DNA of 62,464 nt, the filler included, from an uncultured Ignavibacteriales bacterium (lineage in GTDB: Bacteria > Zixibacteria > MSB-5A5 > GN15 > JAAZOE01): assembly GCA_964611355.1 (NCBI GenBank). It is 10 parts of 10 records of this genome, joined end to end, with 100 filler letters (N's around TTAATTAATTAA, not from the genome) between each part and the next. Parts side by side here need not be neighbours in the genome. Positions count along the whole stretch, not along the records: positions 1 to 8,841 come from CAZSYD010000075.1; positions 8,942 to 16,675 come from CAZSYD010000078.1; 8 more parts are not named here. One strand, 5' to 3'. A model generated the notes under the pieces. The model saw nothing but the letters and a program-made list of their open reading frames with translations, did not search any database and had not been told where the DNA came from. Below are positions 1 to 10,253 of the stretch, piece after piece. The stretch's first letter is position 1; every line of letters begins with the position of its first letter. The position numbers were made by a program, and so were the translations under genes.

Positions 1-1
1 C

Positions 2-55
2 CGCCTGACCGCGGAACAGAAAGAATATTTATCTTCTTGGGAGATGGGGACGTGA
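2..55 (+). CDS. ahcY: Adenosylhomocysteinase, extreme C-terminus (partial)
   Basis: Frame 2 reads RLTAEQKEYLSSWEMGT*, matching the LT.EQ..YL.SW..GT ending of AhcY. Confidence 0.8.
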   Translation, partial: RLTAEQKEYLSSWEMGT

Positions 56-101
56 GGATATTAAAAGAATAAAGACAGCTATTTTTGGAGAAACGGAGTG
101 A

Positions 102-1307
102 ATGATGGTTGAGATAAGCAAGGGGAAAAGCCCTTTTTATCCAGGACAACCGGTGCCTCTTGAGCTGTTTGTGGGCAGAGGAAATGAAGTCGATAGAATA
201 ATTAACCGTGGCAGTGCTCAAGTTGAACAAGGCAAACCGGTTTCTGTTTTTGTCCAAGGCGAATATGGTATTGGAAAAAGCTCTTTCGCCAGCTATGTAC
301 AGGCTATTGCAGAGAAAAAGAATAAACTGCACGGGATTTACGCCTCTTTAGGAGGATGCAATGATATAAATGATGTGTCTGGAGCGGTTTTGGAGGCGAC
401 GATACGTTCAGGAGCCCTAGATCCATCCCGTGCAGATAAGATAAGGAACTGGCTATCGAAATATGTCGGGTCCCAAAGCCTATTTGGATTAACAATTGAT
501 CTTAATGCTCTTAAGAAGGATGCACCCCAATTATCATCCCCGCATAGTATGCTATCCTTTTTGAGGGAGACAAGAGACCGGCTAAAAGATAATGGGGTTA
601 AAGGCATATTTTTAGTACTTGATGAAATAAATGGGATCGTATCTAATCCGAAGTTCTCACTATTTATAAAGGGAATGGTAGATTCCAATGCGCTATCAAG
701 AAAGCCGATACCACTTATGTTGATGCTATGCGGAGTGGAAGAAAAAAGGCGGGAAATGATTCATAAACATGAACCTATTGACAGGATATTTGACATTGTA
801 GAGATTAGTGCATTAGATCCAAATGAATCCAACGAATTTTTTAGTCGTGCTTTCCGATCTGTACAAATGAAGGCGGAGGATAAAGCAATAAAAGCTCTAA
901 GCAATTACTCTGCTGGATTCCCAAAAATCATGCATCTCGTTGGTGATGCTGCCTATTGGCTCGATAAGGATGGCGTAATTGATAAGGATGATGCGTTTGG
1001 CGCGCTCATTTTAGCCGCTGACGATGTGGGTAAAAAATATGTTGATCAGCAGGTTCTTAAAGCGCTGAAAAGTCCCGATTACCATTCAATTTTGGGGAAA
1101 ATTGGCGCCATAGCTCCCGACTTATTAAGTTTTAAAAAATCTGAAGTTGAGTCGGAACTAACGTCGAACGAAAAAAAGAAATTTAATAATTTCTTACAAC
1201 GGATGAAGAGGTTAAATGTTCTCAGATCAGGGGATGAAAAGGGTGAGTATATTTTTAACATGAGAATGGTGCGGCTCTACTTTTGGTTAAAATATAAACC
1301 CCGCTGA
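102..1307 (+). CDS. Stand-alone P-loop ATPase (AAA_16 / archaeal-ATPase-like), probable C-terminal winged helix
   Basis: PF.PG.P...FVGR N-terminal motif, Walker A GEYGIGKS, Walker B FLVLDE; visibly AT-richer than neighbours. Confidence 0.8.
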   Translation: MMVEISKGKSPFYPGQPVPLELFVGRGNEVDRIINRGSAQVEQGKPVSVFVQGEYGIGKSSFASYVQAIAEKKNKLHGIYASLGGCNDINDVSGAVLEATIRSGALDPSRADKIRNWLSKYVGSQSLFGLTIDLNALKKDAPQLSSPHSMLSFLRETRDRLKDNGVKGIFLVLDEINGIVSNPKFSLFIKGMVDSNALSRKPIPLMLMLCGVEEKRREMIHKHEPIDRIFDIVEISALDPNESNEFFSRAFRSVQMKAEDKAIKALSNYSAGFPKIMHLVGDAAYWLDKDGVIDKDDAFGALILAADDVGKKYVDQQVLKALKSPDYHSILGKIGAIAPDLLSFKKSEVESELTSNEKKKFNNFLQRMKRLNVLRSGDEKGEYIFNMRMVRLYFWLKYKPR

Positions 1308-1500
1308 GCTAATAATCGCAAAAAATAATTAGGGGGCCATCGCTCAAATGTATCTACGCTGTTGAATTAGCCCGAATTTGCATAATAAGCTATATCGTTT
1401 GTGGGCACCCGGTCTGCCCTTTTATTCGTTCCTGATGTGCGAGGCTGCTTCCCGCCTAGGGGCTAAACATTCAGAACAGTAGCGAGAATTGGACTTATTA

Positions 1501-1636
1501 TCATTTCTTCCCCATAACCGAGAACGTCATCGGGATGTCGTTTTTGCGGTCGGGGTAGTACCACCAGTCGCCGTCTTTAACCATCGTCGGCCAGACCTGA
1601 TAGATGCAAGCGGTTTATTTCGTGATGTTCGTTCAT
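1501..1636 (-). pseudogene. Internally deleted remnant of a class I SAM-dependent methyltransferase gene
   Basis: RBS and ATG give MNEHHEINRL; a different frame gives CIYQVWPTMVKDGDWWYYPDRKNDIPMTFSVMGKK*, resembling the two termini of a methyltransferase family. Confidence 0.45.
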
Positions 1637-1661
1637 AACCGGTTCCTTTAACAGGCAAGGA

Positions 1662-2741
1662 TTATTTATGCGCCCGGGAAAAAATAATCAACCCGACTAT
1701 CAGAAAAAGGATGTTAATCGACCAGGCGGCCACGTCGGGTGGCAACTTGCTGCTGTATCCCAGAGACTGCGTTACTTTGAAGATAACGAAATAAAGAAGC
1801 GACACTCCCGACGCGATGGCGAACGACATCGCCACGCCGCTTCGTTTCGGGTTCGAGGCCAGCGGGATCGAAATAAGAATAACGATGAAGCAGGTGAGCG
1901 GAAACGACAGCTTGGTTTTCAGATCAACCAGTTCACGCGTATAAGCCGAGCCGGTTTTTTTAAGCACGCCGATATATCCGGCCAATTCCCGATACCCCAT
2001 ATCTTCGGGTTTGCCCCGGTATTTTTCAAATTCTTCGGGTTTTTCACGGCAGTTATTAAGCACCAGTGAGTCGAACCTGACGTATGTTTCTTTTTCTTCG
2101 GCGAAGTTGCGATAGGCGCCATTGTAGATAATCCAGCAGCCGCGGTCGAAACGCATCTTTTCACCGCGGTAAGATTCTTTAAGCGAGTCGCGTTCGAATC
2201 TCTGCACCAGGCAGTTTTTGGCCTCCATGCGGCCGGGGCGAAAAATCTCAAAGTGGTATATGTATCCCCCTTCACCCTGCTTGGAAAGATTGTACAGTAC
2301 TGAACCTCTTGGTTCATTTTTTTTCTCAATGGTGCCTTTCTTGATTATGTTGCGTTCCCGTGTGGCGGTCGGCAGGACTTCCTCATTGAAGAAAAAATTG
2401 GCCGCTGAGAGAAACAATGAAAAAACCAGAAGCGGCAGGGCGATACGATACAGCGAAATACCGGCGGATTTCATGGCGAGGATTTCGTTGTTGCGGGCCA
2501 GAAGCCCGATTGAAAAAAGCCCGGCCAGAAGCACCGCCGCCGGGATGATAATTTTATATATCCAGGGGAGAAAATAAACATAATACCTGATGACGTCGCC
2601 GGCCGAGGCGGCATTGTCGACGATTTTTTCGAGGTTTTCAATCAGATCGACGATAATGGCAATCAGCATTATCGCACCGACGGCGATAGCCAGTGAAATA
2701 ATAAAGCGCGAAAGAAGATAACGGTCAATTGTTCTGATCAC
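1662..2741 (-). CDS. lptG: LPS export ABC transporter permease LptG
   Basis: IDRYL start, 3+3 TM layout with periplasmic domain, paired with LptF-like gene by 4-nt overlap. Confidence 0.85.
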   Translation of the reverse strand: MIRTIDRYLLSRFIISLAIAVGAIMLIAIIVDLIENLEKIVDNAASAGDVIRYYVYFLPWIYKIIIPAAVLLAGLFSIGLLARNNEILAMKSAGISLYRIALPLLVFSLFLSAANFFFNEEVLPTATRERNIIKKGTIEKKNEPRGSVLYNLSKQGEGGYIYHFEIFRPGRMEAKNCLVQRFERDSLKESYRGEKMRFDRGCWIIYNGAYRNFAEEKETYVRFDSLVLNNCREKPEEFEKYRGKPEDMGYRELAGYIGVLKKTGSAYTRELVDLKTKLSFPLTCFIVILISIPLASNPKRSGVAMSFAIASGVSLLYFVIFKVTQSLGYSSKLPPDVAAWSINILFLIVGLIIFSRAHK

Positions 2742-4186
2742 GATCTGCTCCCGGCTTTATATTTCGTAAGCTTTAAAAGCGTCACGATTGACTTTTCGGT
2801 AGAGACTATATAGATGAGGTATATACCGGCCGCGCCGATCAAAATGTTGGCCGACCACATCGCCATAACCGGCGATACAATACCTCGATCAGCCAAATCT
2901 TCTCCGCCGATCAAAAAGGCCCAGTAGAGAACGAATAACCCTAAAGATATTCCAATGCTTATGCCCATGTTTCCTTTTCTGGCGAGAATACCCAGCGGCG
3001 CACCAATCAATACAAAAGCGATGCAGGCAACCGGAATCGAATACTTTTTATGAATTTCAACGTTGTAGGAATTGATGAGTTTTTGCTGACTTTTAATACC
3101 TGACTTTTCTCGAGCGATGATGCGTACGCTGGCTTCTTCTTCACGTGCCAGGTTTTTGAGAGCGATACTGTCGGCCACCAGGCTGTCCGGCGACAGGGCA
3201 AGCGAATCGGAGAAGTATTTTTCGATCCGTGCCCTAACCAGGTTAGAAATCTTTTGGCGATACGGTTTGATGCCCATTTCCCATTTTATGACGGCTTCCA
3301 GCATCTGTTGAGCCGATTTTTCACGGTCGGTCCGAAATTCGTCCTGCGATTCTTTGAAGTCTTTCGACACTTCGCTGACAACGATACGCTGCGTTTGGAA
3401 AGCGAGACGGCGGTAATTTTCCGGATTATTTTCGTCGAACTCGTGGATTTCGCCGTCACGAAGATCAAATACGAGGTCGCGGCCTTCGTTGGCAAAAGTC
3501 AGAAATCCGTCCTGGGCAACGATGGTGCGCGGCGATGTGTGCTTGCGCTCAAGCTCCAGGATTTTTACGCCGGTAATTTCGGAAGTTTTATGATTGACCG
3601 AATCGATCAGGATGATATATCCGCTGATATCGGTAATGAACGCGCCGCCGCGAATTTTGAGGGTGGGACGCATCCGCCTGACATCCTGCATCAGCACGCG
3701 AGCCCGATGATTGAAATCGGGCAATACTTTATTGTTAAAATAGGCCAGAGCGATGGCCATTATGCACGAAGCAAGAATAACCGGGTATATTATTTGCACG
3801 ATATGGATTCCGTTGGCTTTGATGGCCGTTATTTCGAAATCGGAGGTTAGCCTTCCAAAAGCCATCAGCGTTGCCACCAGAACCGCCATTGGAACCGATA
3901 AAGCGATCATCCACGCGATTTGGTAGAAAAACACCTTGAGTATAACAACAGCCGGCAAATCCTTGCCGACAATCATATCGACCAGTTGCGGCACGAAATC
4001 GATAATCAGGATGAAAGTAATAATAACAAATGCAAAGAAAAACGGCCCTATATGTTCTCTCAGCACATACCTGGCAAGGATGTTCTTGAAGTCGAAGAAC
4101 TTCGCGAAACCGGTCGATGCCGAATACGTTTGGTCGTCTTTATGTTGCGTACCTGTTTCCATGATCGCTTCTGAATATATGGACAC
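2738..4186 (-). CDS. lptF: LPS export ABC transporter permease LptF (start may be 4162)
   Basis: ILARYVLRE, AFGRLTSDFEITAIKANG and EIHKKYSIP motifs of the YjgP/YjgQ family. Confidence 0.85.
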   Translation of the reverse strand: MSIYSEAIMETGTQHKDDQTYSASTGFAKFFDFKNILARYVLREHIGPFFFAFVIITFILIIDFVPQLVDMIVGKDLPAVVILKVFFYQIAWMIALSVPMAVLVATLMAFGRLTSDFEITAIKANGIHIVQIIYPVILASCIMAIALAYFNNKVLPDFNHRARVLMQDVRRMRPTLKIRGGAFITDISGYIILIDSVNHKTSEITGVKILELERKHTSPRTIVAQDGFLTFANEGRDLVFDLRDGEIHEFDENNPENYRRLAFQTQRIVVSEVSKDFKESQDEFRTDREKSAQQMLEAVIKWEMGIKPYRQKISNLVRARIEKYFSDSLALSPDSLVADSIALKNLAREEEASVRIIAREKSGIKSQQKLINSYNVEIHKKYSIPVACIAFVLIGAPLGILARKGNMGISIGISLGLFVLYWAFLIGGEDLADRGIVSPVMAMWSANILIGAAGIYLIYIVSTEKSIVTLLKLTKYKAGSRS

Positions 4187-4264
4187 CGGTTGGGAGTGTA
4201 AAGGGAATTAATCTTAATGCCTATTGACAGGCCTGCCGCAGATGATATTTTATCGCCGATAAAC

Positions 4265-5233
4265 ATGAAAGATTTATTTGTCAAAGATATCAGTTCGGGG
4301 AATAAGGTTACCGGCTTTTTCGCCCTGCGCAAGTCCGACCTGCGGGAAAAGGACGGCCGGTTTCGGCTGTCGATGGAGCTGGGCGACGCTACAGGCCGCA
4401 TCCCCGCCGTGATCTGGGATGATGCCGAAGAGATAGCCCGGCAGGTTGAAACGGGCACGATCGTTAAAGTCATGGGATATGTTTCAACCTATCGGGACAA
4501 GCCGCAGATTCGCGTGGAAAAGATACGGCCGGCCGGCGACGACGAATATGATCTGCGCGATTTCTTCCGGAAACCGACCAAGAGCCGCGACGAGTTGTCC
4601 GCTCTGCTTGACGGCATGATCGAAAAGATTGAAAACAGTCATCTTCGAAAACTTCTCGATACGGTTTTTGGCCGGGATGATATTCGAGAAAAATACCTCG
4701 CCGCTCCGGCGGCCAAGCTGTTGCATCATGATTTTATCGGCGGGCTGGCCGAGCATTCGCTGTCGATGTGTGAAGTGATTATCCGGCTGGCCGACCATTA
4801 CCCCAGACTCGATCGCGATATTCTCATCTGCGGCGCGATTCTACATGATATCGGCAAGATATGGGAATATGAAGTTACCGCTACGATTGATTTTTCCGAC
4901 GCCGGACGGCTGATCGGGCATATCAACCAGGGGGATGAATTCGTCACCGGCATGGCCGATACGATTGAAAATTTCCCGGAAGCTCTTCTAAATCACCTCA
5001 GGCATCTGATTATTTCGCACCAGGGGGCCAGAGAGAAAGGTTCGCCTATCGCGCCGGCGACGCCGGAGGCGGTCTTTTTGCACGCAATTGATGAAATGGA
5101 CGCTCACATGGGTGCGGTGGAAAAGATTCGCGAGCGCACCGGCGATTCCGGCTGGTCGGAATTCAGCAAAATCTTCGAACGGTTTTTCTTCTTCGGGAGT
5201 GAGGAGGAAGAAGAGCAGCAAGAGTCGGTCTGA
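4265..5233 (+). CDS. yhaM: 3'-5' exoribonuclease YhaM family (OB fold + HD domain)
   Basis: OB fold (LGDATGRIPAVIW), PAAK..HH...GGLAEH, LHDIGK, LIGHI; start moved to 4265, downstream of TTGACA at 4224. Confidence 0.85.
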   Translation: MKDLFVKDISSGNKVTGFFALRKSDLREKDGRFRLSMELGDATGRIPAVIWDDAEEIARQVETGTIVKVMGYVSTYRDKPQIRVEKIRPAGDDEYDLRDFFRKPTKSRDELSALLDGMIEKIENSHLRKLLDTVFGRDDIREKYLAAPAAKLLHHDFIGGLAEHSLSMCEVIIRLADHYPRLDRDILICGAILHDIGKIWEYEVTATIDFSDAGRLIGHINQGDEFVTGMADTIENFPEALLNHLRHLIISHQGAREKGSPIAPATPEAVFLHAIDEMDAHMGAVEKIRERTGDSGWSEFSKIFERFFFFGSEEEEEQQESV

Positions 5234-5362
5234 TTGCAATAGTATTCCTGCTTTTGCCGGATATTTTTCCCTTGAAATTAAATAATACGTCCAATTTTTA
5301 GTTTTGGATAGTATATTCCAGCAATGAGATAATTTGATCCCCTTTAAGGAGGTTAATCGGGT

Positions 5363-6940
5363 ATGGCTTTTGGCAGAATTTGTCGGGTGGCGTGTTTATT
5401 GTTCACGCTGATTATTGCCTGTCAACAGGCGGTATGCTCGCAGCCTGAGGAGGTTTTTGATAAATATCTTCAAGCCATGATTGACAAGCGTTGGAATGAT
5501 GCTGAGAATTGTTGGCTGCCTCTTGTAATATCCGCCTCGAAGCGGCTGGGGATTACATTCACGGATGTTCGGGCCAAGTATGACTGCGCCTCGCCTGTTC
5601 ATAAATATCTCGAGGCTATCCGCGACGGGATAGCAGAGGCGAAAGTCGTTGATATTAGCCGCCATGATGATTGGGCGCAGCTAACAGTTCAGCTTGCTTC
5701 ACATTCCGACAGTCTTTCCGTGACATACTACGCGGTTGAATCGGATGATGGTTGGCGGCTGGCCGCGCCGATTTATCTTTTCACGAAAGGTTGGAGGAAG
5801 CAGCACACTCAATACGCCACGATATACTATAACGATAGCAGCAAAATCAACCGGCATGCCTACGATGCCCTGGACAGATTTGTTGAATCGCAAGGCAGGA
5901 AGCTGGGTTTATCCGATGATGACCTGGCTCTTCTGGAGAGCCGAAAGATCGATTATTTTCTTTGTAATGAGGATGAGATAAAAAAGCTGACCGGATACGA
6001 CACTCGTGGGATGGGTGAATTTCAGTACGACGCGGTTATCACGCGGCACCTTCCACACGAACATGAACTGGTTCACCTTCTTGTAAATTACGCTCTCAAA
6101 AAGCTGCCGCTTTATACCCTTCCGTTTATGCAGGAGGGAAGCGCGTGCTATCTCGGGGGACGATGGGGGAGATCGCGCGAAGTGATAATGTACACCGGAT
6201 ATATAAATCTTGCTTATGATTTTTGTCAGATGGAAGATATTCTGACCTACAACGATTTCCATGCTACCATCGGCATTCCCGATGTTTCGTATCCGATCAG
6301 CGCTCTGTTTGTCGGTTATCTGATAGAAAAGGCAGGGACGGTGAAGTTCATGGAGCTTTATTTAAATCTTTCGGGAACTGACAGAGAAATCCAATCATTC
6401 GATTTGGCATACATCAAGAAGACCATAGAAGAAGTGTGCGGCTTGCCGTGGGCGGAAATTGAAAAGGGGTTTGAAGATTACCGGAAACAATATAGTCATT
6501 CAGGAATCAAACCGGCGGAAATCAGCCCGGAGGGCAACCCGGATATCGAGATAAGCGGGGAAGGATCAGTTGTTTCCGTATGGGATCTTGGCGGGAAGTA
6601 TCATTTTGATATCCAGCTTTCGCCGGATGTGAAAGGCGGTACTGTTCTGTTCGACGACTCTTCATATAATCAGGATGCAGCCTATCGCGGCGCCCTGTTT
6701 GTCGAACATCATCCGCAGGAGAAATACAACGGAGAATGGTTTGGGCTCTGTTTTTCGCCGGAGGAGATCGGTCTTTACGATTACCTCTGCGATAAACTGC
6801 AGGCCAAATATATTCCCAGCCTGTCGCCGCACGGTGATCTATTGAATCCGGAAACAGGGATGCTTCGGTTTGTTCTTGAGAAGTCAGCCGTTGTTCCGGC
6901 CGATCTGAAAAAACTCAGCGGGCGTATAGTCAAACGTTGA
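5363..6940 (+). CDS. Secreted protein with putative gluzincin metallopeptidase (peptidase MA-like) domain
   Basis: Signal peptide; HELVH followed by FMQEG third zinc ligand; AAGGAGG RBS. Confidence 0.6.
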   Translation: MAFGRICRVACLLFTLIIACQQAVCSQPEEVFDKYLQAMIDKRWNDAENCWLPLVISASKRLGITFTDVRAKYDCASPVHKYLEAIRDGIAEAKVVDISRHDDWAQLTVQLASHSDSLSVTYYAVESDDGWRLAAPIYLFTKGWRKQHTQYATIYYNDSSKINRHAYDALDRFVESQGRKLGLSDDDLALLESRKIDYFLCNEDEIKKLTGYDTRGMGEFQYDAVITRHLPHEHELVHLLVNYALKKLPLYTLPFMQEGSACYLGGRWGRSREVIMYTGYINLAYDFCQMEDILTYNDFHATIGIPDVSYPISALFVGYLIEKAGTVKFMELYLNLSGTDREIQSFDLAYIKKTIEEVCGLPWAEIEKGFEDYRKQYSHSGIKPAEISPEGNPDIEISGEGSVVSVWDLGGKYHFDIQLSPDVKGGTVLFDDSSYNQDAAYRGALFVEHHPQEKYNGEWFGLCFSPEEIGLYDYLCDKLQAKYIPSLSPHGDLLNPETGMLRFVLEKSAVVPADLKKLSGRIVKR

Positions 6941-7060
6941 GCATTTTTGGGCGATGCGATTTTCTTGGGATAACAGTCTCAATCAGGACGATTTAGCAGG
7001 CGGGATTAATCTGGACATATTTATTTGATTATGCCGGGCAATAACGCTGGAAGGCTGGAA

Positions 7061-7786
7061 ATGATATTAAAAGCTGTCGATCTTACTCGGTCGATTCAGA
7101 CCGGCGGGGATTGGCGTGAAATAATCCGGCCTTTTTCGTTTGAATTCGAGCGCGGCCGTATCTATGGCATTGTCGGGCCGTCGGGATCGGGCAAAACATC
7201 GCTTTTGCGTTTATTCAACCGGCTCGATGAAAAAAGCGGTGGAGAGTTGCTTTTCCACAATCGTCCGGTCGAGAATTACCCGGTAACGGAACTGCGAAAG
7301 AAAATAGCCCTCGTGTTTCAAATTCCCCATCTTTTCCCCGGTACGGTAGCGTCAAACCTTTTTTATTGCCACCCGGAAAGAGAGAACTCCGGCAGGGAGT
7401 ATGTCTCGAAAAACCTGTCTCTGGTGGGGCTCGATCCCGAACTGGCCGACAGGGATCCCGAGAAGCTCTCGGTCGGTCAGAAGCAACGGGTTGCCCTGGC
7501 TCGTTCGCTGGTTCAGGAACCGGAAATACTCCTGCTCGACGAGCCGACATCCGCTCTCGACCCCGGGGCGGCAAAGGTTATCGAAGGTCTTATATTCAAG
7601 CTTAATCGAGAACTGGGGCTGACTATCATTATGGTAACGCACGATTTTCAGCAGGCGCTTCGACTGAACAGCATGTCGCTATTGCTGGTTGACGGCCGGC
7701 TGGTTGAATCCGGCCCCTCGGAAAAGTTATTTTCCCGTCCCGTTACCGATATTACCCGCAAATTCATTGATGGGGAACTGCGATGA
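7061..7786 (+). CDS. fetA: ABC transporter ATP-binding protein, FetA/YbbL-like
   Basis: GPSGSGKT, LSVGQKQR, LLLDEPTSALD, H-loop; coupled to a UPF0014 permease. Confidence 0.75.
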   Translation: MILKAVDLTRSIQTGGDWREIIRPFSFEFERGRIYGIVGPSGSGKTSLLRLFNRLDEKSGGELLFHNRPVENYPVTELRKKIALVFQIPHLFPGTVASNLFYCHPERENSGREYVSKNLSLVGLDPELADRDPEKLSVGQKQRVALARSLVQEPEILLLDEPTSALDPGAAKVIEGLIFKLNRELGLTIIMVTHDFQQALRLNSMSLLLVDGRLVESGPSEKLFSRPVTDITRKFIDGELR

Positions 7787-8538
7787 TTGACGCCGGATAC
7801 AAAGAAGTTGCGATTGCGGTGTTGCTTATGGTGGTGGCGATTATCCTGGCCCGCTGGCAGAAGATTGGTGCTGAAAAGGAAATGGCGATAGGAACCGTTC
7901 GTTCGTTCGTGCAACTGGTGGCGGTCGGGTATGCGCTGGAGTTTATTTTTGATCTTGAAAATATTTTTGCGATCCTTCTGACCATCCTAATCATGATCCT
8001 GGTCGGTTCCTACACGGCGGCGCGGAGGGCCGCGCGGATTCCTCACGCCTGGCGATTATCATTCGTGGCCATCTTCGCCGGATCGCTGGTGACTCTGGGT
8101 TTGATGCTGGCGGTCGGTATTATCAGGTCCAAAGCGCAATATTTCATTCCGCTTGGAGGAATGACGGTCGGCGCCTCGATGAACTGTTCGGCGCTGGTTA
8201 TGGAACGGCTTCATTCGGATATAACCGGCAATCGCTTGGCCGTGGAAACGGCTCTTTCCCTGGGAAAAAGCTGGCGCGAAGCGGTTGCGACTTATTTTAC
8301 CAAATCGGTTAAGGCCGGCATGATGCAGATGCTCAATTTTTTCAAAGTGGCCGGCATCGTGCAACTCCCGGGAGCCATGACCGGGATGATACTGGCCGGG
8401 GCGTCGCCGCTGAAGGCGGTTCTGATTCAGATAATCGTCGGCTATATGCTGACCGCCGCCGTAACCGTTACAGGCATAGCTTCAGCCCATCTGGCGGTGC
8501 GGCAGATGTTCAGCCCGGCCGAACAACTCAAAATTTGA
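7783..8538 (+). CDS. fetB: ABC transporter permease FetB/YbbM (UPF0014)
   Basis: RSFVQLVAVGY, IPLGGM and GIVQLPGAMTGMILAGASP motifs. Confidence 0.88.
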   Translation: MIDAGYKEVAIAVLLMVVAIILARWQKIGAEKEMAIGTVRSFVQLVAVGYALEFIFDLENIFAILLTILIMILVGSYTAARRAARIPHAWRLSFVAIFAGSLVTLGLMLAVGIIRSKAQYFIPLGGMTVGASMNCSALVMERLHSDITGNRLAVETALSLGKSWREAVATYFTKSVKAGMMQMLNFFKVAGIVQLPGAMTGMILAGASPLKAVLIQIIVGYMLTAAVTVTGIASAHLAVRQMFSPAEQLKI

Positions 8539-8738
8539 TCTTTTCCTGTTTATCCTGGGGATACGCTTTTCATTTCCATTAGATTATCCGTGAAGTTGAT
8601 ATATGACTACCGAGAAATAGGTTGCGTTTACAAGTAGTTTGGTTATAATAAATCGCTTTCGTCATATAAGGATGAAAGAGCTTTCGAATGCCGATGGCGG
8701 CTGTGCGGTCGCCGGTCGGTTTCAGGCTTTGGATAGAC

Positions 8739-8827
8739 GGAGAGGTGTCCGAGTTGGCCGAAGGAGCACGCCTGGAAAGTGTGTAGGGGTCAAAAGCCCC
8801 TCCTGGGTTCGAATCCCAGCCTCTCCG
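8739..8827 (+). tRNA. tRNA-Ser(GGA)
   Basis: GGAGAGG/CCTCTCC acceptor stem, anticodon loop CTGGAAA, long variable arm, GTTCGAATC T-loop. Confidence 0.95.
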
Positions 8828-8841
8828 CTTAGTATCATAAA

Positions 8842-8941
8842 NNNNNNNNNNNNNNNNNNNNNNNNNNNNNNNNNNNNNNNNNNNNTTAATTAATTAANNN
8901 NNNNNNNNNNNNNNNNNNNNNNNNNNNNNNNNNNNNNNNNN
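8842..8941. other. Artificial contig spacer
   Basis: 100 nt: N runs around TTAATTAATTAA (stops in all six frames). Confidence 0.97.
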
Positions 8942-9156
8942 TCCGGCCCAGTTCGCGAAACTGATAAAAAATCGGCATCCATCCCTGTCGGGAAAAGCGG
9001 GCATTTATCCGAAAGAAGTTGCTTCTTCACCAACAACAATACATTCTTCCTGCTGTTTCATAATCTGTCTCCGTTAATGAATACGTTTTCCAAAGGAGGA
9101 CTTTTGGCTGTTCAAAAAACAGTTTCCGGATCATTACCAGGCCAGCCGCCTTTCGT

Positions 9157-9213
9157 AATCACCATAAGATATGTAGAGCATACTTTTAAATATGACAAAA
9201 CGAACCCATTTCC
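9157..9213 (-). repeat. Dispersed intergenic repeat, copy 1 (diverged)
   Basis: Minus strand GGAAATGGGTTCGTTTTGTCATATTTA...TGC.CTACA...TGGTGATT aligns with copies at 16151 and 42221. Confidence 0.7.
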
Positions 9214-9536
9214 ATGTAATCAATAATTACTCCTGATGTTACACCGAATTTACGGGATTATAACTTGGATAACTCGCCAAAAGATTAGATCAAATATGGA
9301 TAAGTATTGTGAAATGAGCCATGACCCATCCGAGGCTGTCCCATAAGTCGATTGTTCTGTGGGTTCTTGCCCACCACAAACGGGTATGAACTGACAGACT
9401 TCCGACGGCATGCGTTTCAAGTCTTTGGCAAAAGTAATCGACTTTCGGGGCAGCCCCCGTACGTCTTCCGGTCAAAGTATCGCAAAATGCGCAAACGCTG
9501 CATCCGACGGGCTCGATTTATATCATCGACGAAGGA

Positions 9537-10253
9537 CTAAAAGGCGTTCTCTACCTTCCATTCTTTCCAGACCTTGCCGGCCAGAGCCGGGCCGGGCTTA
9601 AGGGTCGGTTTGCCCGGTTGCCACCCGGCTGGAGTGACTTCGCCCGTTTCGCGGACGTGCTGGAACGCTTTAATCTGGCGAATAAGCTCAGTGACGTTTC
9701 TCCCCACCTGCGGCGTCATTATTTCGGCGGCCTGAATAACGCCGTCAGGATCAATAATGAACCGGCCGCGGATATTGACGCCTTCCCCGGGAGAATAGAC
9801 GCCGTAAGCGGTTCCGACTCCGCCTCCCTGATCGGATAGCATCGGGTAGGGGAAACCGCCATCGACCATTTTGGAGAGCTCCTCTTCCTGCCAGATTTTG
9901 TGAGTGAAACGACTATCGGTGGACATGGATAAAACCTGGACGCCGAGTTCTTCCAGGTCTTTTTTCTTGGCGGCAACTGCCGCCAGTTCGGTCGGTCAAA
10001 CGAAAGTAAAATCGCCGGGGTAAAAACAAAGCAGTACCCACTTGCCTTTGTAATCGGACAGCTTGAAATTCTTGAAGCCGCCCTTGAAGAAGCCGCTGGC
10101 CTCAAAATCAGGGGCGGCCTTGCCTACTTTTGCTACCATCTTTGATACCTCTTCCGGTTTTTCAGATCGCGCCGGTGATGACGGTTGTTGATTTGGTGGA
10201 AAAATCACACCGGCCGCTGGTGTAGTACATCCATCTTTTTCAGACGCCGCCAT
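9537..10253 (-). CDS. prxU: Selenocysteine-containing peroxiredoxin (PrxU type, AhpC/Prx1 family); in-frame TGA at 9996-9998 read as Sec
   Basis: ORFs 9996..10436 and 9537..9926 are in frame; joined they read [14 protein letters not shown] with UGA at the peroxidatic Cys position; AAGGAGG RBS before ATG at 10253. Confidence 0.92.
9968..9985 (-). promoter_or_regulatory. Putative bacterial SECIS hairpin
   Basis: TGGCGGC-AGTT-GCCGCCA, starting 10 nt after the UGA, with G in the apical loop. Confidence 0.7.

Noticed and set aside
8639..8893. 84-aa ORF
   Set aside because: Overlaps tRNA-Ser and runs into the spacer.
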